Below, piece by piece: positions 24,900-34,551 of a stretch of 64,000 nt of DNA. Numbering within the stretch: position 1 is the first letter of the stretch; every line of letters begins with the position of its first letter. The notes under the pieces are model-generated. The model did not search any database. It was given only the letters and a program-made list of their open reading frames with translations, and was not told where the DNA came from. Position numbers and translations under genes: made by a program. Source of the stretch: Spirochaetota bacterium (GTDB lineage Bacteria > Spirochaetota > UBA6919 > CBDBPB01); the NCBI GenBank assembly GCA_965208615.1, contig CBDBPB010000007.1, positions 415,703-479,702 on the forward strand. Direction: 5' to 3'.

Positions 24900-27858
24900 A
24901 ATTGGGCAAGAAATAGTTAGCATAGCAAGGCAGGGCTGGGACAACACAGTTAGTAATCCTGACAGGATTTTAGAAGAAAATAATGGTAGAGTAGATGGCG
25001 AGCTTTTAGGTGTATATGACAAGATATTAAGGGCAGATGCACATTTATATAGCCTGTTCCAAACTAGAAAGCACATGATACTGGGTAAATCTTTTGAAAT
25101 ACACAGTGCAAGCGAGGACAAGAAAGACATAGAGATAGCAGACTTTGTGAAATATCAGCTCAATGATGTATTAGATGATTTCACACAGGATATGCATGAG
25201 CTTTTAAGTTGCCTGCAATACGGATACTCTGTATCAGAGTTCATTCTATCCGCCAACAACAATAGGATTATGATAGACAAAATAAAGTTCAAACATCCTA
25301 ATCATTTTGCCTTCTCAGAGCAGGGAGAGCTTTTGTGGAACAAAGAAAATAGTGCTGAAAAGATAATATTGCCAAGTTACAAGTTTATAGTTCATTCTCA
25401 CAATGCCAATGATGAGAACCTTTATGGCGAATCACTTATAAGCGAAAGGCTTTACTGGCTTTACTGGTACAAGCATAACATCTGGCAATTCTTAGTTAGC
25501 TTTATAGAGCGTTTTGGCAGTCCTATTCCTGTCTTTAAATATCCAACAAGCACGACTGAAGAAGAACACAGGATAATTGACGAAATGATGCATAATTTTC
25601 ACGACCAGCTTGCTATGAAAGTGCCAACCGAAGTGATGCCTGAACTTTTGGAATGGAAAAGCTCAGGCAATAGGGCTGTACACGAAGATGCTGTAAAACT
25701 TATCAACTCAGAGATGAGCAAAGCGGTTTTAGGCCAGACTCTCACAAGCGAGACTCAAGATACAGGCAGTTTAGCACAGTCAAAAGTCCATGAAAATATA
25801 TTAGACAATATAATAAAGTTTGATTGTATGAGTCTTGCAAATACTATCAACAATCAGCTAATAAAGCGACTGGTCGCTTGGAACTTTAAGACAGATAAAT
25901 ACCCTTTTTTAAAGTTCAAAACAGAGCCTGATACAGACCTAAAAGCCCTTGCTGAGCGTGATGAGATACTAATTAGAATGGGAGTTAAAATCCCACAAGC
26001 TTATTTTCATGAAACCTACAACGTGCCTGTTGAAGAGGAAAACAAGGACAAAAAGGAAAAGAAAGATAAAGAAAGCAAATTAGACAAAGAAGAAGACATA
26101 GACGAACACGAAGGGCTAAAGTCTTTTTCTGAAAAAGAACTAAACGAAGACGAGCTTGTTTTAAGCCAGCAAAATGAGCTTGACAGATACATAGATATAG
26201 CTGTAGGAAAGGCTGTCAACGCTCAAGAGCAGTTTAATATTAAGCTCAAAAAGCTTATTAAGAAAAGAGAGTCTTTTAAGAGTTTAAAGTCTTTTGTTAA
26301 AAAGCTTTTTAGCAAAACTGACAGCAGTCTTGAGGATAGCATTTACAGAGAAGATATAGAGCCTTTGGCAGAGGTTTTAGGCGACATTATGTTTTGGGTA
26401 TACAACCTAGGACATGCACATGCTTTGGACTACGAATCTATTATAGACTTTGCAGAAGAGGATATTTCCTTTCCTGAGGCCATAAATCATTTTAAAAACA
26501 AGGTTCCAAAGACTCATGACGAGTTTTTGACTGAGAGGGATAAGCTGGGTGACAAAGCATTTTACATAAGTCGTGTAAATAATAAGAAAGTGGTAGAGGG
26601 GGTGCATGAGCGAATAGCAAAAGGTATTAAAGAGGGCAAGTCCTTTTACAATATGAAGAAAGATATAAATACCTATTTTGACAAACTAGGCGTCACAAGA
26701 CTAAACAGCTATCATCTTGATACGGTTATTAGGACAAACGTTTTAAGTGCCTATAGCGCTGGACGGCTTAAGCAGATTAGCACACCTGAAGCAAGAAAAG
26801 CCTTCCCTTACTGGCGATACAGTGCGATTATGGACAGGAAGGTTCGTCCAGCACATAGAAAACTTCACGGGCTTGTTCTTAGAAACGATGACCCCAGATG
26901 GGCTAACATCTATCCACCTTCTGGGTTTAACTGCAGGTGTACTGTCACAACTGTTAGACAAGGTTATTTTAAGCAAAAAGGTTTACCAGAACCAAAGAAA
27001 GGTGAGCTAAGCTTTAGTTATCACAATAAGGATGCCTTGGCAAAGGTGCCTATAGAAAACCCTAAAGGGCTAATTAGAAAGGGCAAAGGCGGGTGGAATA
27101 GTCAAATAATAAAAGAAAAGGACTTTGACTTTCCACAAAGGGATAAGGGTTTCAAAAGCTCAAAAAATGTATTTGGCATTGATAAAAACATTCACGGTGA
27201 TCCTAAAGGGTTTGGCTTAGCTCAATCTAAAAAGACTAAATACACTAGGCTAAAACATGTTAAAATAGATAGCTCTAATGGCGTGGAAAAGGCTTTAATA
27301 GACTTAGACAGTCATGTTAAAAATAATTATCCAGCAAGCATTTTTAAAACTTATAAAAAGCTTAAGCTTGAGGTGCCAAAAGGCATAAATACAAACTCAA
27401 AAGAGCTTAAGTTACTATTCAATGCAGTAGAAAAGGTTTTAGCAATAGTCAAACACATCAATAAAAATATTCTTGAAAGCTTAAGTAGCATAAGATTTAT
27501 ACCAGAACGGATAGGCAATTATAAACATAATATTTTAAAAAGCTCTATAAATGGTCTTTATGAAAATAATAGCATCCTACTTTTCAGAAGACTAATGGAA
27601 ACTAAAGATGTTAAAGAGGCTCATTTTATGGGCACATTAAGACATGAACTTGGACACCACGCACATTTTTTATCTCTTGGTTTATTGCCTAAAATGACTT
27701 ATGAGCAAGGAGAGCTATTTGCCCAAGCTATGGACGATTACTTTTTAGGAAAACTAAATATATCTAAAGGCTATTTCAATAAGCTAAAAAGAGAACTAAA
27801 TATGACAGACAAAGAAATGAATGAAGTATTTAAAAGATTAAAATTAAAGTTTAATTAG
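24883..27858 (+). CDS. Portal (DUF935/Mu gp29) fused to MuF (gp30) and a C-terminal HExxH metallopeptidase-like domain
   Basis: Portal motifs ERFGSP and MSKAVLGQTLT..GSLAQSKVH; MuF motifs RTNV.SAY.AGR, YSAIMDRKVRPAH and YPPSGFNCRCTV; C-terminal LRHELGHH...GELFAQ. Confidence 0.88.
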   Translation: MAMALKIGQEIVSIARQGWDNTVSNPDRILEENNGRVDGELLGVYDKILRADAHLYSLFQTRKHMILGKSFEIHSASEDKKDIEIADFVKYQLNDVLDDFTQDMHELLSCLQYGYSVSEFILSANNNRIMIDKIKFKHPNHFAFSEQGELLWNKENSAEKIILPSYKFIVHSHNANDENLYGESLISERLYWLYWYKHNIWQFLVSFIERFGSPIPVFKYPTSTTEEEHRIIDEMMHNFHDQLAMKVPTEVMPELLEWKSSGNRAVHEDAVKLINSEMSKAVLGQTLTSETQDTGSLAQSKVHENILDNIIKFDCMSLANTINNQLIKRLVAWNFKTDKYPFLKFKTEPDTDLKALAERDEILIRMGVKIPQAYFHETYNVPVEEENKDKKEKKDKESKLDKEEDIDEHEGLKSFSEKELNEDELVLSQQNELDRYIDIAVGKAVNAQEQFNIKLKKLIKKRESFKSLKSFVKKLFSKTDSSLEDSIYREDIEPLAEVLGDIMFWVYNLGHAHALDYESIIDFAEEDISFPEAINHFKNKVPKTHDEFLTERDKLGDKAFYISRVNNKKVVEGVHERIAKGIKEGKSFYNMKKDINTYFDKLGVTRLNSYHLDTVIRTNVLSAYSAGRLKQISTPEARKAFPYWRYSAIMDRKVRPAHRKLHGLVLRNDDPRWANIYPPSGFNCRCTVTTVRQGYFKQKGLPEPKKGELSFSYHNKDALAKVPIENPKGLIRKGKGGWNSQIIKEKDFDFPQRDKGFKSSKNVFGIDKNIHGDPKGFGLAQSKKTKYTRLKHVKIDSSNGVEKALIDLDSHVKNNYPASIFKTYKKLKLEVPKGINTNSKELKLLFNAVEKVLAIVKHINKNILESLSSIRFIPERIGNYKHNILKSSINGLYENNSILLFRRLMETKDVKEAHFMGTLRHELGHHAHFLSLGLLPKMTYEQGELFAQAMDDYFLGKLNISKGYFNKLKRELNMTDKEMNEVFKRLKLKFN

Positions 27859-28031
27859 AGGATATAATGATCAGTTTCTTTTATTTCAACATCTGGATAA
27901 TGGTTAACTATTATATCATGTTGCTCTTCTTTGCCATAAGAGGCAAAAGCTTGTTTAATTTCAAGGCTATCTTTAAGGTAATCTTGAACAGCATCATTAA
28001 ATGTTTCAATATCAAAGTTTGTAATGTGCAT
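27855..28031 (-). CDS. Small acidic protein (58 aa) antisense to the late operon; candidate immunity/moron gene
   Basis: AGGAG RBS at 28043-28039 and ATG at 28031; MHITNFDIETFNDAVQDYLKDSLEIKQAFASYGKEEQHDIIVNHYPDVEIKETDHYIL; putative promoter TTGCCT-17-TATCTT at 28078-28050. Confidence 0.6.
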   Translation of the reverse strand: MHITNFDIETFNDAVQDYLKDSLEIKQAFASYGKEEQHDIIVNHYPDVEIKETDHYIL

Positions 28032-28085
28032 AATGCATCTCCTAATACTAAGATAACACAGTTTTTTAAAGGAGGCAAGTAAAAA

Positions 28086-29030
28086 ATGAGTAAATGGAGA
28101 CATATTTTTAAAGCTGGAGACTATCCTCAAGGAAAGTTTACGGGTGGAAATATAGACGCAATAGTAAGCAAGTTTAATAAGGAGTCCGCAGGTGTGCCTA
28201 TCACAATCGACCACAAAAAAACAGGGGTTGCCTATGGCTGGGTGGATAAGCTAAAAAGGCAAGACGATTACTTGTGTGCAGAGTTTAAAGATATACCCAG
28301 CGAGTTTGCAAAAGTTTTAGAAAAAAGACTTTTTAATAACGTTAGTGTTGAGATAGCACCAGGCGACAGACTCAGAGCGGTTAGTTTTTTAGGAGCTAAA
28401 GTCCCACAAATAAAAGAGCTTGACGCTCTTAATTTTAATGAAGATGAAAATATAATATCTATCGATTTTGAAGAACATTTTAAGGAGGAAAATATGAACG
28501 ATGAAGGATTAGAAAAGCGTATAACGCAGTTAGAGGGGGAGTTAAAACGTGAGCAAGAGAAGGCTAAAGAGTTTTCAGAGCAAAAAGAAAAAACAGAAAA
28601 AGAGCTAAAATCCCTAAAGGAGGAAAACGCTCTTAGAGAAAAGAAAGTAAAAAAAGAAAAGATCAAAGCTTTTTGTGAAAAGCAGATTAAAGAAGGCAAA
28701 CTATTGCCAGCTGAGTTAAAAAGCACAGAAGAGTTTATGGATAGCCTTGATGACACAAAAATTATGGAGTTTAGTGAAGATGACAAGGTTAGCAAAAAGA
28801 CTCAGCTTGACAAGTACATAGGCTCTAACAACAAAGAAAAAGTCTTGGAGTTTAAAGAGGTTGTTAATGACAAAGCAAAAATACAATACAATTTCACTAA
28901 TGATGGTGATAGCAAACAGTTTTCTGAAGTCAAAAAACGATGCAAAGAGAGAAATATAGCTCTTGGTGACAAAGAAAAAGTTGCAGGCGTAGCTGTAGAA
29001 GTATTAGAGGAGGAAAATAATGACATATAG
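28086..29030 (+). CDS. Mu gpI-like prohead protease with C-terminal scaffold
   Basis: IFKAGDY, PITIDH...AYGWV..L, VSVEI, LRAVSFLGA..P.IK.L; coiled-coil C-terminus; internal RBS plus ATG at 28494. Confidence 0.82.
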   Translation: MSKWRHIFKAGDYPQGKFTGGNIDAIVSKFNKESAGVPITIDHKKTGVAYGWVDKLKRQDDYLCAEFKDIPSEFAKVLEKRLFNNVSVEIAPGDRLRAVSFLGAKVPQIKELDALNFNEDENIISIDFEEHFKEENMNDEGLEKRITQLEGELKREQEKAKEFSEQKEKTEKELKSLKEENALREKKVKKEKIKAFCEKQIKEGKLLPAELKSTEEFMDSLDDTKIMEFSEDDKVSKKTQLDKYIGSNNKEKVLEFKEVVNDKAKIQYNFTNDGDSKQFSEVKKRCKERNIALGDKEKVAGVAVEVLEEENNDI

Positions 29031-29364
29031 AATTGAAAGAGCCACGAAAGTAAAAGCGAGTGTTGATCTTGTTAAGCACAGGTTTGTAGGTTATGATGGA
29101 GCTTATGCCAAAAAAGATAAGCCCTGTCTGGGCATCAGTGAGAGTAATGGCAAATCAGGTGACTGGATTACAATAGTAAATGGCGGGAGCTATCTATTAG
29201 AAGTGGAATCCAACGTGACTGTAGGACAGGAGCTAACTGCGGGGACTGACGGCAAAGCAAAAATAGCAACAGGCAAAGACTATGTTCACGCCGTCAGCAG
29301 AGACAATGCTCAGACAGGAAATACAATAGAAGCAGAACCAGTTAAATATAAATTAGGAGGATAA
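29020..29364 (+). CDS. Capsid cement/decoration protein (DUF2190-like)
   Basis: RFVGYDG...LGIS...G..ITI...VGQELTAGTDGKA; between the protease and capsid genes. Confidence 0.72.
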   Translation: MTYRIERATKVKASVDLVKHRFVGYDGAYAKKDKPCLGISESNGKSGDWITIVNGGSYLLEVESNVTVGQELTAGTDGKAKIATGKDYVHAVSRDNAQTGNTIEAEPVKYKLGG

Positions 29365-29365
29365 T

Positions 29366-30289
29366 ATGCCAGTTAATTTAGATCACAAACATTTAGTACA
29401 CAAAATGTATACAACAATAGCACAAGGTTATAGCAACAAAGCCTTTGTTGGCAGGGAAATGTGTACTTTAACTCCTGTTCAGTCCTTAGTAGGAAAATAT
29501 TACGAGTTTGGCAAGGCTCGCTTTCGTGACGTAGGAGAGAAGATAAATAGACCTCTAAATAGTCCTCCTCAACAACACGAGTGGACTCCACCAACAGAAA
29601 GGTCTTTTGGGCTTACAATACAGTCCCTCGAAGTGGCTGCTGAACAAAAAGCAATAGATGAATATAAGAGCGTTGACAACATAATACAAAGCCAGCTCGA
29701 TGAAAAGCTCGAGCTAATAAGACTTAGAGAAGAGATAGACATAAAAGATACTCTTCTTAACGCTGACAGTTATGAAAGACAGCATTCTAAAACTCTTACA
29801 ACAAAATGGACTGACAAAACAGATATAGCAAAAGAGATTGACTCTATGTCGAACATGATATTAGGGAAAGTCGGGGTTGTACCGAATCGACTTTTATTAT
29901 CTAATGATGTTTATACAAAAGCTTTTAAACCTAACAAAACTATACTAGAATCTATAAAGTATAGCCAAAAAGGTATACTTACAACTGATTTAATAGCAAG
30001 CTTTTTAGGCTTGGACAGAATTGTAGTTGGACAAGGCCTATACGAAACCTCTGGCGGCAAATTAGAGTTTTTGTGGAAAAACTGTCTTGTTTTGGCATAC
30101 GTAGAGCCACAAAGCAAAAATCGAAACAAGCCGACCCATACAAGACTGTTTCAGTTAGATAAACACCCCACGGTGATTAAAGGCAACCCCTCTTATCGGG
30201 ATATACAGCTCTACAGACTTGAGGACGCTAAACAGATTGCTATAGTTGATAAAAAATGCGGGTTTCTTTTGAAAGATGTGGTAGCGTAA
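29366..30289 (+). CDS. Major capsid protein
   Basis: TTIAQGYSNKAFVG, G.Y.EFGK..F, G..PN.L; size and position. Confidence 0.78.
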   Translation: MPVNLDHKHLVHKMYTTIAQGYSNKAFVGREMCTLTPVQSLVGKYYEFGKARFRDVGEKINRPLNSPPQQHEWTPPTERSFGLTIQSLEVAAEQKAIDEYKSVDNIIQSQLDEKLELIRLREEIDIKDTLLNADSYERQHSKTLTTKWTDKTDIAKEIDSMSNMILGKVGVVPNRLLLSNDVYTKAFKPNKTILESIKYSQKGILTTDLIASFLGLDRIVVGQGLYETSGGKLEFLWKNCLVLAYVEPQSKNRNKPTHTRLFQLDKHPTVIKGNPSYRDIQLYRLEDAKQIAIVDKKCGFLLKDVVA

Positions 30290-30730
30290 ATGTACTTAAC
30301 CTTTGACGAATACATAGCTCGCTCTTATGAGAGTGAGACCGAAAGGATGGCAAGCGAGCATGAAAAGCTTGATGGGCTTGGTGATAAAGAAAAGGGCATA
30401 GTCTTGCTTTGCATAAAAGATGCGTCAAGTGCGATAGATAACTATTTAAGAGATAGATATAGAACGCCCCTTTCGCCAGTTGCTGACTCAATAAAGCGTA
30501 TATGTTTTCAGCTGAGTCGTTTTCACTTGTTTGAGAAAAAGAACATCTTAAACGAAGAGGCTTTTCTTGTTTATGATAGAGCTATTGCAGAGTTAAAAAA
30601 AATAGCAAAAGGTGATATAAAATTAGATGCAATTGAAGCAAAAAGACAAGGGTCAAGCAAGGCAGGGCGAATAAGCTATGTGAAAGGTAAAAGCATGCTT
30701 GCGAGGGCAGAAAAATGGGAATATCGATAA
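30290..30730 (+). CDS. Head-tail adaptor (Mu gp36 / DUF1320)
   Basis: MYLT, DASSAIDNYLRDRYRTPL, YDRAIAELKKIAKGDIKL. Confidence 0.85.
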   Translation: MYLTFDEYIARSYESETERMASEHEKLDGLGDKEKGIVLLCIKDASSAIDNYLRDRYRTPLSPVADSIKRICFQLSRFHLFEKKNILNEEAFLVYDRAIAELKKIAKGDIKLDAIEAKRQGSSKAGRISYVKGKSMLARAEKWEYR

Positions 30731-31140
30731 GCGTAAATGGCATGACAGAGCTGGAAATAGCTTTAGGAAAAGCCATTAACTCTATAAAAACAAATAAAAT
30801 GCTAAACGAAATAGGCACAGATCTTGTAGACAGCACAGTAGAGCGATTTGAAACTGAAAGTGATGCAGAAGGCAGAGTGTGGGTAAATAGCCCTGCAGTC
30901 ATGGCTATAAAGCGAAAGAGGGGGGATACAAAAGTCTTAGCTGTAACAGGAAGGCTTAAAAATAGTATCACAAAGCAAGTTAAAATGAAAAGCCTTAAAG
31001 TTGGGACTAATGTAGAGTATGGAAAATACTTACAGGAAGGAACAAAAAAAATGAAGGCTAAGCCTTTTTTGGGTATATCAGATGAGGATAAGGAAAATAT
31101 AAAAGACATTGTAAAAAAGCATTTTGGGGGAATCTTTTGA
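30715..31140 (+). CDS. Virion morphogenesis / tail completion protein (Mu gpG, P2 gpS-like)
   Basis: IG..L..ST.ERF, L..TGRL.NSI, VGTNVEYG..LQ.G, KPFLGIS. Confidence 0.85.
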   Translation: MGISISVNGMTELEIALGKAINSIKTNKMLNEIGTDLVDSTVERFETESDAEGRVWVNSPAVMAIKRKRGDTKVLAVTGRLKNSITKQVKMKSLKVGTNVEYGKYLQEGTKKMKAKPFLGISDEDKENIKDIVKKHFGGIF

Positions 31141-31688
31141 AAGCAGTTAAAGACTTTGTTAAAAGCAAGTTGGTTGAAGTTGGCTTTAACAAAAAGAATA
31201 TCTTTTGTTTTGAACCTTTGGACGAAAGCCAAGCCCTTAAAAACTTAGACTCAGCCTACTTTTACAACGAGAGTTCTGATATTGAGAGTGGTAAAAAAGG
31301 GCTCGGGGCTTGGGCTGAAAAAGAAACTTTAAAAAACATAAAACAAAATATAACTCAAAAAACAGTTTTAAACTTAAAACTCTTTATGACAATAGAAACT
31401 CTGCATAGCAGATTAGATAGCTTTGTAGAGAAGCTCTATAGCCCAACTGCCCAAAAATCCTATATATTAAGAATAATAGACGCTAAAAACAAAAATACAA
31501 CTATCTATGACGTAAAAAGTGCTAAAAAGAAAATCGGCAAACAAATTAGTGTAACTGCTGCAGAAGTAGACTTAACGCTTAATATAGAGCATAGCATTGT
31601 TTATGAAGAAGAAGAAAAAGCAATAGATAACATTAAAATCACCCCAATAATTAAGGAGAATGAAAATGAACAAGAAAAAAGAAAATAA
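31137..31688 (+). CDS. Hypothetical virion protein (tail terminator position)
   Basis: Synteny between gpG and the sheath gene only. Confidence 0.5.
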   Translation: MKAVKDFVKSKLVEVGFNKKNIFCFEPLDESQALKNLDSAYFYNESSDIESGKKGLGAWAEKETLKNIKQNITQKTVLNLKLFMTIETLHSRLDSFVEKLYSPTAQKSYILRIIDAKNKNTTIYDVKSAKKKIGKQISVTAAEVDLTLNIEHSIVYEEEEKAIDNIKITPIIKENENEQEKRK

Positions 31689-31875
31689 AGAAGCGTCGCA
31701 AGCAAAAGATGACAAAGTTAAAGTCGTTGACTTTCTTAATAAAAAAAGTGTTCGTCATAATAGGCATAAAGGGTTTGCTGTTTATTTAAAAGTTGGCCTT
31801 CATGACAAGATTGACACTGCTTATTTGGAAAAGCAATTTACGGAATACAGTTCTATACGAGGAGGTGGGCTGTGA
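31660..31875 (+). CDS. Small hypothetical phage protein
   Basis: AAGGAG RBS; coupled to the sheath start (GTGA). Confidence 0.55.
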   Translation: MKMNKKKENKEASQAKDDKVKVVDFLNKKSVRHNRHKGFAVYLKVGLHDKIDTAYLEKQFTEYSSIRGGGL

Positions 31876-33380
31876 GCGATAGTAAAATACAATTCAGAAT
31901 CAAAGAGAGTGACCGAAGTTCATTAGTTAGTGGTAATGACGGTATTTTTGCTAAGCTTGGGCGAGGGTATGACATAAAGGACAAAGAGAATAGCACTTTG
32001 TATAAAGACAAAGGAATAGCAACAAAGGCTAAACCTAATATAGCTTATGAGGTTGCATCTGCATCAGCTGCAAAAGAGTTATTTGGCGAAGGTTCTGAGC
32101 TTTATAAATCATGTTTATTGCATTTTGTATTAGGGGGAGCCCCTTTACACTGTGTTATGCCTGAAAATAATATACCGTCTAAAGTTGTCTCTGAAGCCTC
32201 CACCAGAAAGGGCACTGCAGTTCTTGAAATTAAAGAAAAAACAAATATCCAGAAAGATGGGCAATATACTATCAAAATTATCACAGCTGGGGGATTTAAA
32301 AAAGCTAAATATGTTTATAGCAATAGCGATTATGCTATTGAAGATGAAAAAAAGATTTGGTCGGCTATAAAGATGATTAGCAGCAACTCTATTAAAATTA
32401 ATGATATTGAGCTTAGTGTAAATGGGGCTGATGGCGACAATCTTTTTGTCGAGGGTGATATTTTTAAGTTTACTGTTACCGGTAGAACGTACGACATGAC
32501 CAAGGCGTTAGATGCCCTAGAGGATCTCAAAGAGAATAACAATATTAGGGTTATTCATGTCGTTGGCCCTACTGAAGCAGGGTTTTGGAGTGACTTTAAC
32601 AATGTTCTAATCACTATGGCTCAAAATAAGCGCTGGGTTAGAGGTATTGTTAACATGTCTAACAAAAGCGATACAGAAAAAGACTATACTGATAGGCTTA
32701 AGACAGCTGCACAAACCTTTTATAGCAAGAACATAGCTGTGTTTTATAATTATGTTAAGTCTCAGACTCTTAAGGAAAGTGTTAGTGCTGCTAATCATGC
32801 ACTTGCAACGCTAAGCAAAGCTAAAGTGCAAGAGTCTATAGGCTGGACTGGCGCATTCCCTCAGGAGGATGTTGTTGAAATTGAGAATTGGGATGACTTA
32901 AAGCTTTATCATAATACTTTAACTAAAATGGGCTTTAACAGTCTTTATCATGAAGATGGAGAGGCGGCTGGCAAGTTTCCATTTTTTGGTATCGGCTTAT
33001 TGAAAGCTCCGCCAAAAAGTGATTTTAGAAAGATTAGCTCAGGGCGGGTTATGGATAAAGCATTAAGGGTTATACACAGTGCTATATTCCCATTTTTGAG
33101 GGCTAATCAGGGAAGTTCTAAGTTAATAGCCGGTTCTAAAGCTGGTATACTAAATCTAAAGCTTAAAATGGAAGCCGCATTAGATGGTATGATGGGCAGG
33201 GATGAGATTAACGGATATGAGATTAATATACCTGCTATTGACGATCCTAATATGACTGTAGCCGATTTGGCTAATTTAATTATAAAGGGTGAGTTAGAGG
33301 GTACTTTTAAGCTTTATGAGAACAGTCACATTGAGTCTATGCTGTTTGATGCAATGTACGCAATGCCAAAGCTTAATTAA
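31872..33380 (+). CDS. Tail sheath protein (DUF2586-like)
   Basis: About 500 aa; ELFGEG.EL, VQESIG, SDFRKI...RVMDKA.R; precedes the tube gene. Confidence 0.78.
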   Translation: MSDSKIQFRIKESDRSSLVSGNDGIFAKLGRGYDIKDKENSTLYKDKGIATKAKPNIAYEVASASAAKELFGEGSELYKSCLLHFVLGGAPLHCVMPENNIPSKVVSEASTRKGTAVLEIKEKTNIQKDGQYTIKIITAGGFKKAKYVYSNSDYAIEDEKKIWSAIKMISSNSIKINDIELSVNGADGDNLFVEGDIFKFTVTGRTYDMTKALDALEDLKENNNIRVIHVVGPTEAGFWSDFNNVLITMAQNKRWVRGIVNMSNKSDTEKDYTDRLKTAAQTFYSKNIAVFYNYVKSQTLKESVSAANHALATLSKAKVQESIGWTGAFPQEDVVEIENWDDLKLYHNTLTKMGFNSLYHEDGEAAGKFPFFGIGLLKAPPKSDFRKISSGRVMDKALRVIHSAIFPFLRANQGSSKLIAGSKAGILNLKLKMEAALDGMMGRDEINGYEINIPAIDDPNMTVADLANLIIKGELEGTFKLYENSHIESMLFDAMYAMPKLN

Positions 33381-33460
33381 AAAGCGTGGAAAGCACTTTG
33401 ATTAACAATTTAAATAGATGGCTGGTCACTTAAAAGCGACTGGTCGCAAGGAGGTAAATC

Positions 33461-33871
33461 ATGGCTGAACAAATATATAAAAAGTTTGATTTAGATAAAA
33501 CCGACGTACTCATAAACGGTAGACAAACCGTTACCATTGAATCGTTAGAATGGGAGAAAAACTGGAAAGATGCAGATAGTTTCAGGGATGGTAAAGTGGT
33601 AAGCACCGCTAGCGCTGTAGAATCTAAAAAAGGAAAAATATCTTTAGAGCAATGCGAAAAGCTAGTTATTGCTGAAGAGCTTGATTCAGAAGACGGCACC
33701 CTAACCGGACTTGTCTGCGATATCACTGCAACAGATGATGAAGGCAGAAAAATCGAGATCAAACAGGCAAGGTTTGGTAAAGATGGCTATAAGATTGACA
33801 CAAAAGCGGCGGATGACAAAACCACTATAGATTTTACTGTATTGGGTGATGTTAAAATATCGAGCAAATAA
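33461..33871 (+). CDS. Tail tube protein
   Basis: 136-aa beta-rich protein after the sheath; AAGGAGG RBS. Confidence 0.68.
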   Translation: MAEQIYKKFDLDKTDVLINGRQTVTIESLEWEKNWKDADSFRDGKVVSTASAVESKKGKISLEQCEKLVIAEELDSEDGTLTGLVCDITATDDEGRKIEIKQARFGKDGYKIDTKAADDKTTIDFTVLGDVKISSK

Positions 33872-33895
33872 ATCGAGCAAATAAAAGGAGTTAAC

Positions 33896-34327
33896 ATGAT
33901 ATACTGTATTAACTTACACAAACATAAAGACAAAATCGTAAAAAAGTCTGATCCCAAAGACTTCTTAGAGACGCCAGAGGATGTGAAGGTATTTAACAAT
34001 CATAAGTCAGAGATTAACACGGCAATTGAAAAGAACAAGCGAGTATACTTAGTACACGAGCCTGACTTTGAGTTTAGTGGACTATTCCACTCAGCTAATG
34101 TTAAGAGGCTTATGAGGGTGATTAACAAGCAATCTCAAGACGGTTTAGATCAAAGCGTTCAGGTTTGCAGATTAATGGCAGGGGGCAATGGTGATGCCGG
34201 GACTTTAAAGTTAGTTAACGATATAAGTTTTGACAACCATGATATACCTGCGACCTTTTTGCTTAGTCTGAGCAATGTGCTATTAAATAAAGAGGGGGTT
34301 GGCATAGTCGAAGCGGGAAAGAATTAA
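33896..34327 (+). CDS. Tail assembly chaperone (G)
   Basis: Between the tube and tape measure genes; ends in the slippery heptamer GGGAAAG. Confidence 0.7.
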   Translation: MIYCINLHKHKDKIVKKSDPKDFLETPEDVKVFNNHKSEINTAIEKNKRVYLVHEPDFEFSGLFHSANVKRLMRVINKQSQDGLDQSVQVCRLMAGGNGDAGTLKLVNDISFDNHDIPATFLLSLSNVLLNKEGVGIVEAGKN

Positions 34328-34551
34328 CAACCAAACGAGAGCAGGAACTTAAAAAAGGCAAGTATATAGAATTTGGCACTCTGTTGGTTGGCTATGACCC
34401 TTCTGTATATTTACTTGCCGGTAGGTGGTTCCCTAATAGAGATATTAGTGAATCAGCTATTCTACCCTTATCTGATGGGTATTACAAACTTATAGCTGAG
34501 GTTAAGTTTTTGGAAGAACATAATGCCAAAATACATGGTTTAGAGGTTTGA
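34315..34551 (+). CDS. -1 programmed frameshift extension (GT chaperone)
   Basis: G GGA AAG at 34315-34321; the -1 frame is open for 76 codons to TGA at 34549-34551, abutting the tape measure ATG. Confidence 0.8.
   Translation, partial: GKELTTKREQELKKGKYIEFGTLLVGYDPSVYLLAGRWFPNRDISESAILPLSDGYYKLIAEVKFLEEHNAKIHGLEV

Noticed and set aside
33859-33885. 13-bp tandem duplication ATCGAGCAAATAA at the tube gene stop
   Set aside because: Simple local slippage with no effect on reading frames.
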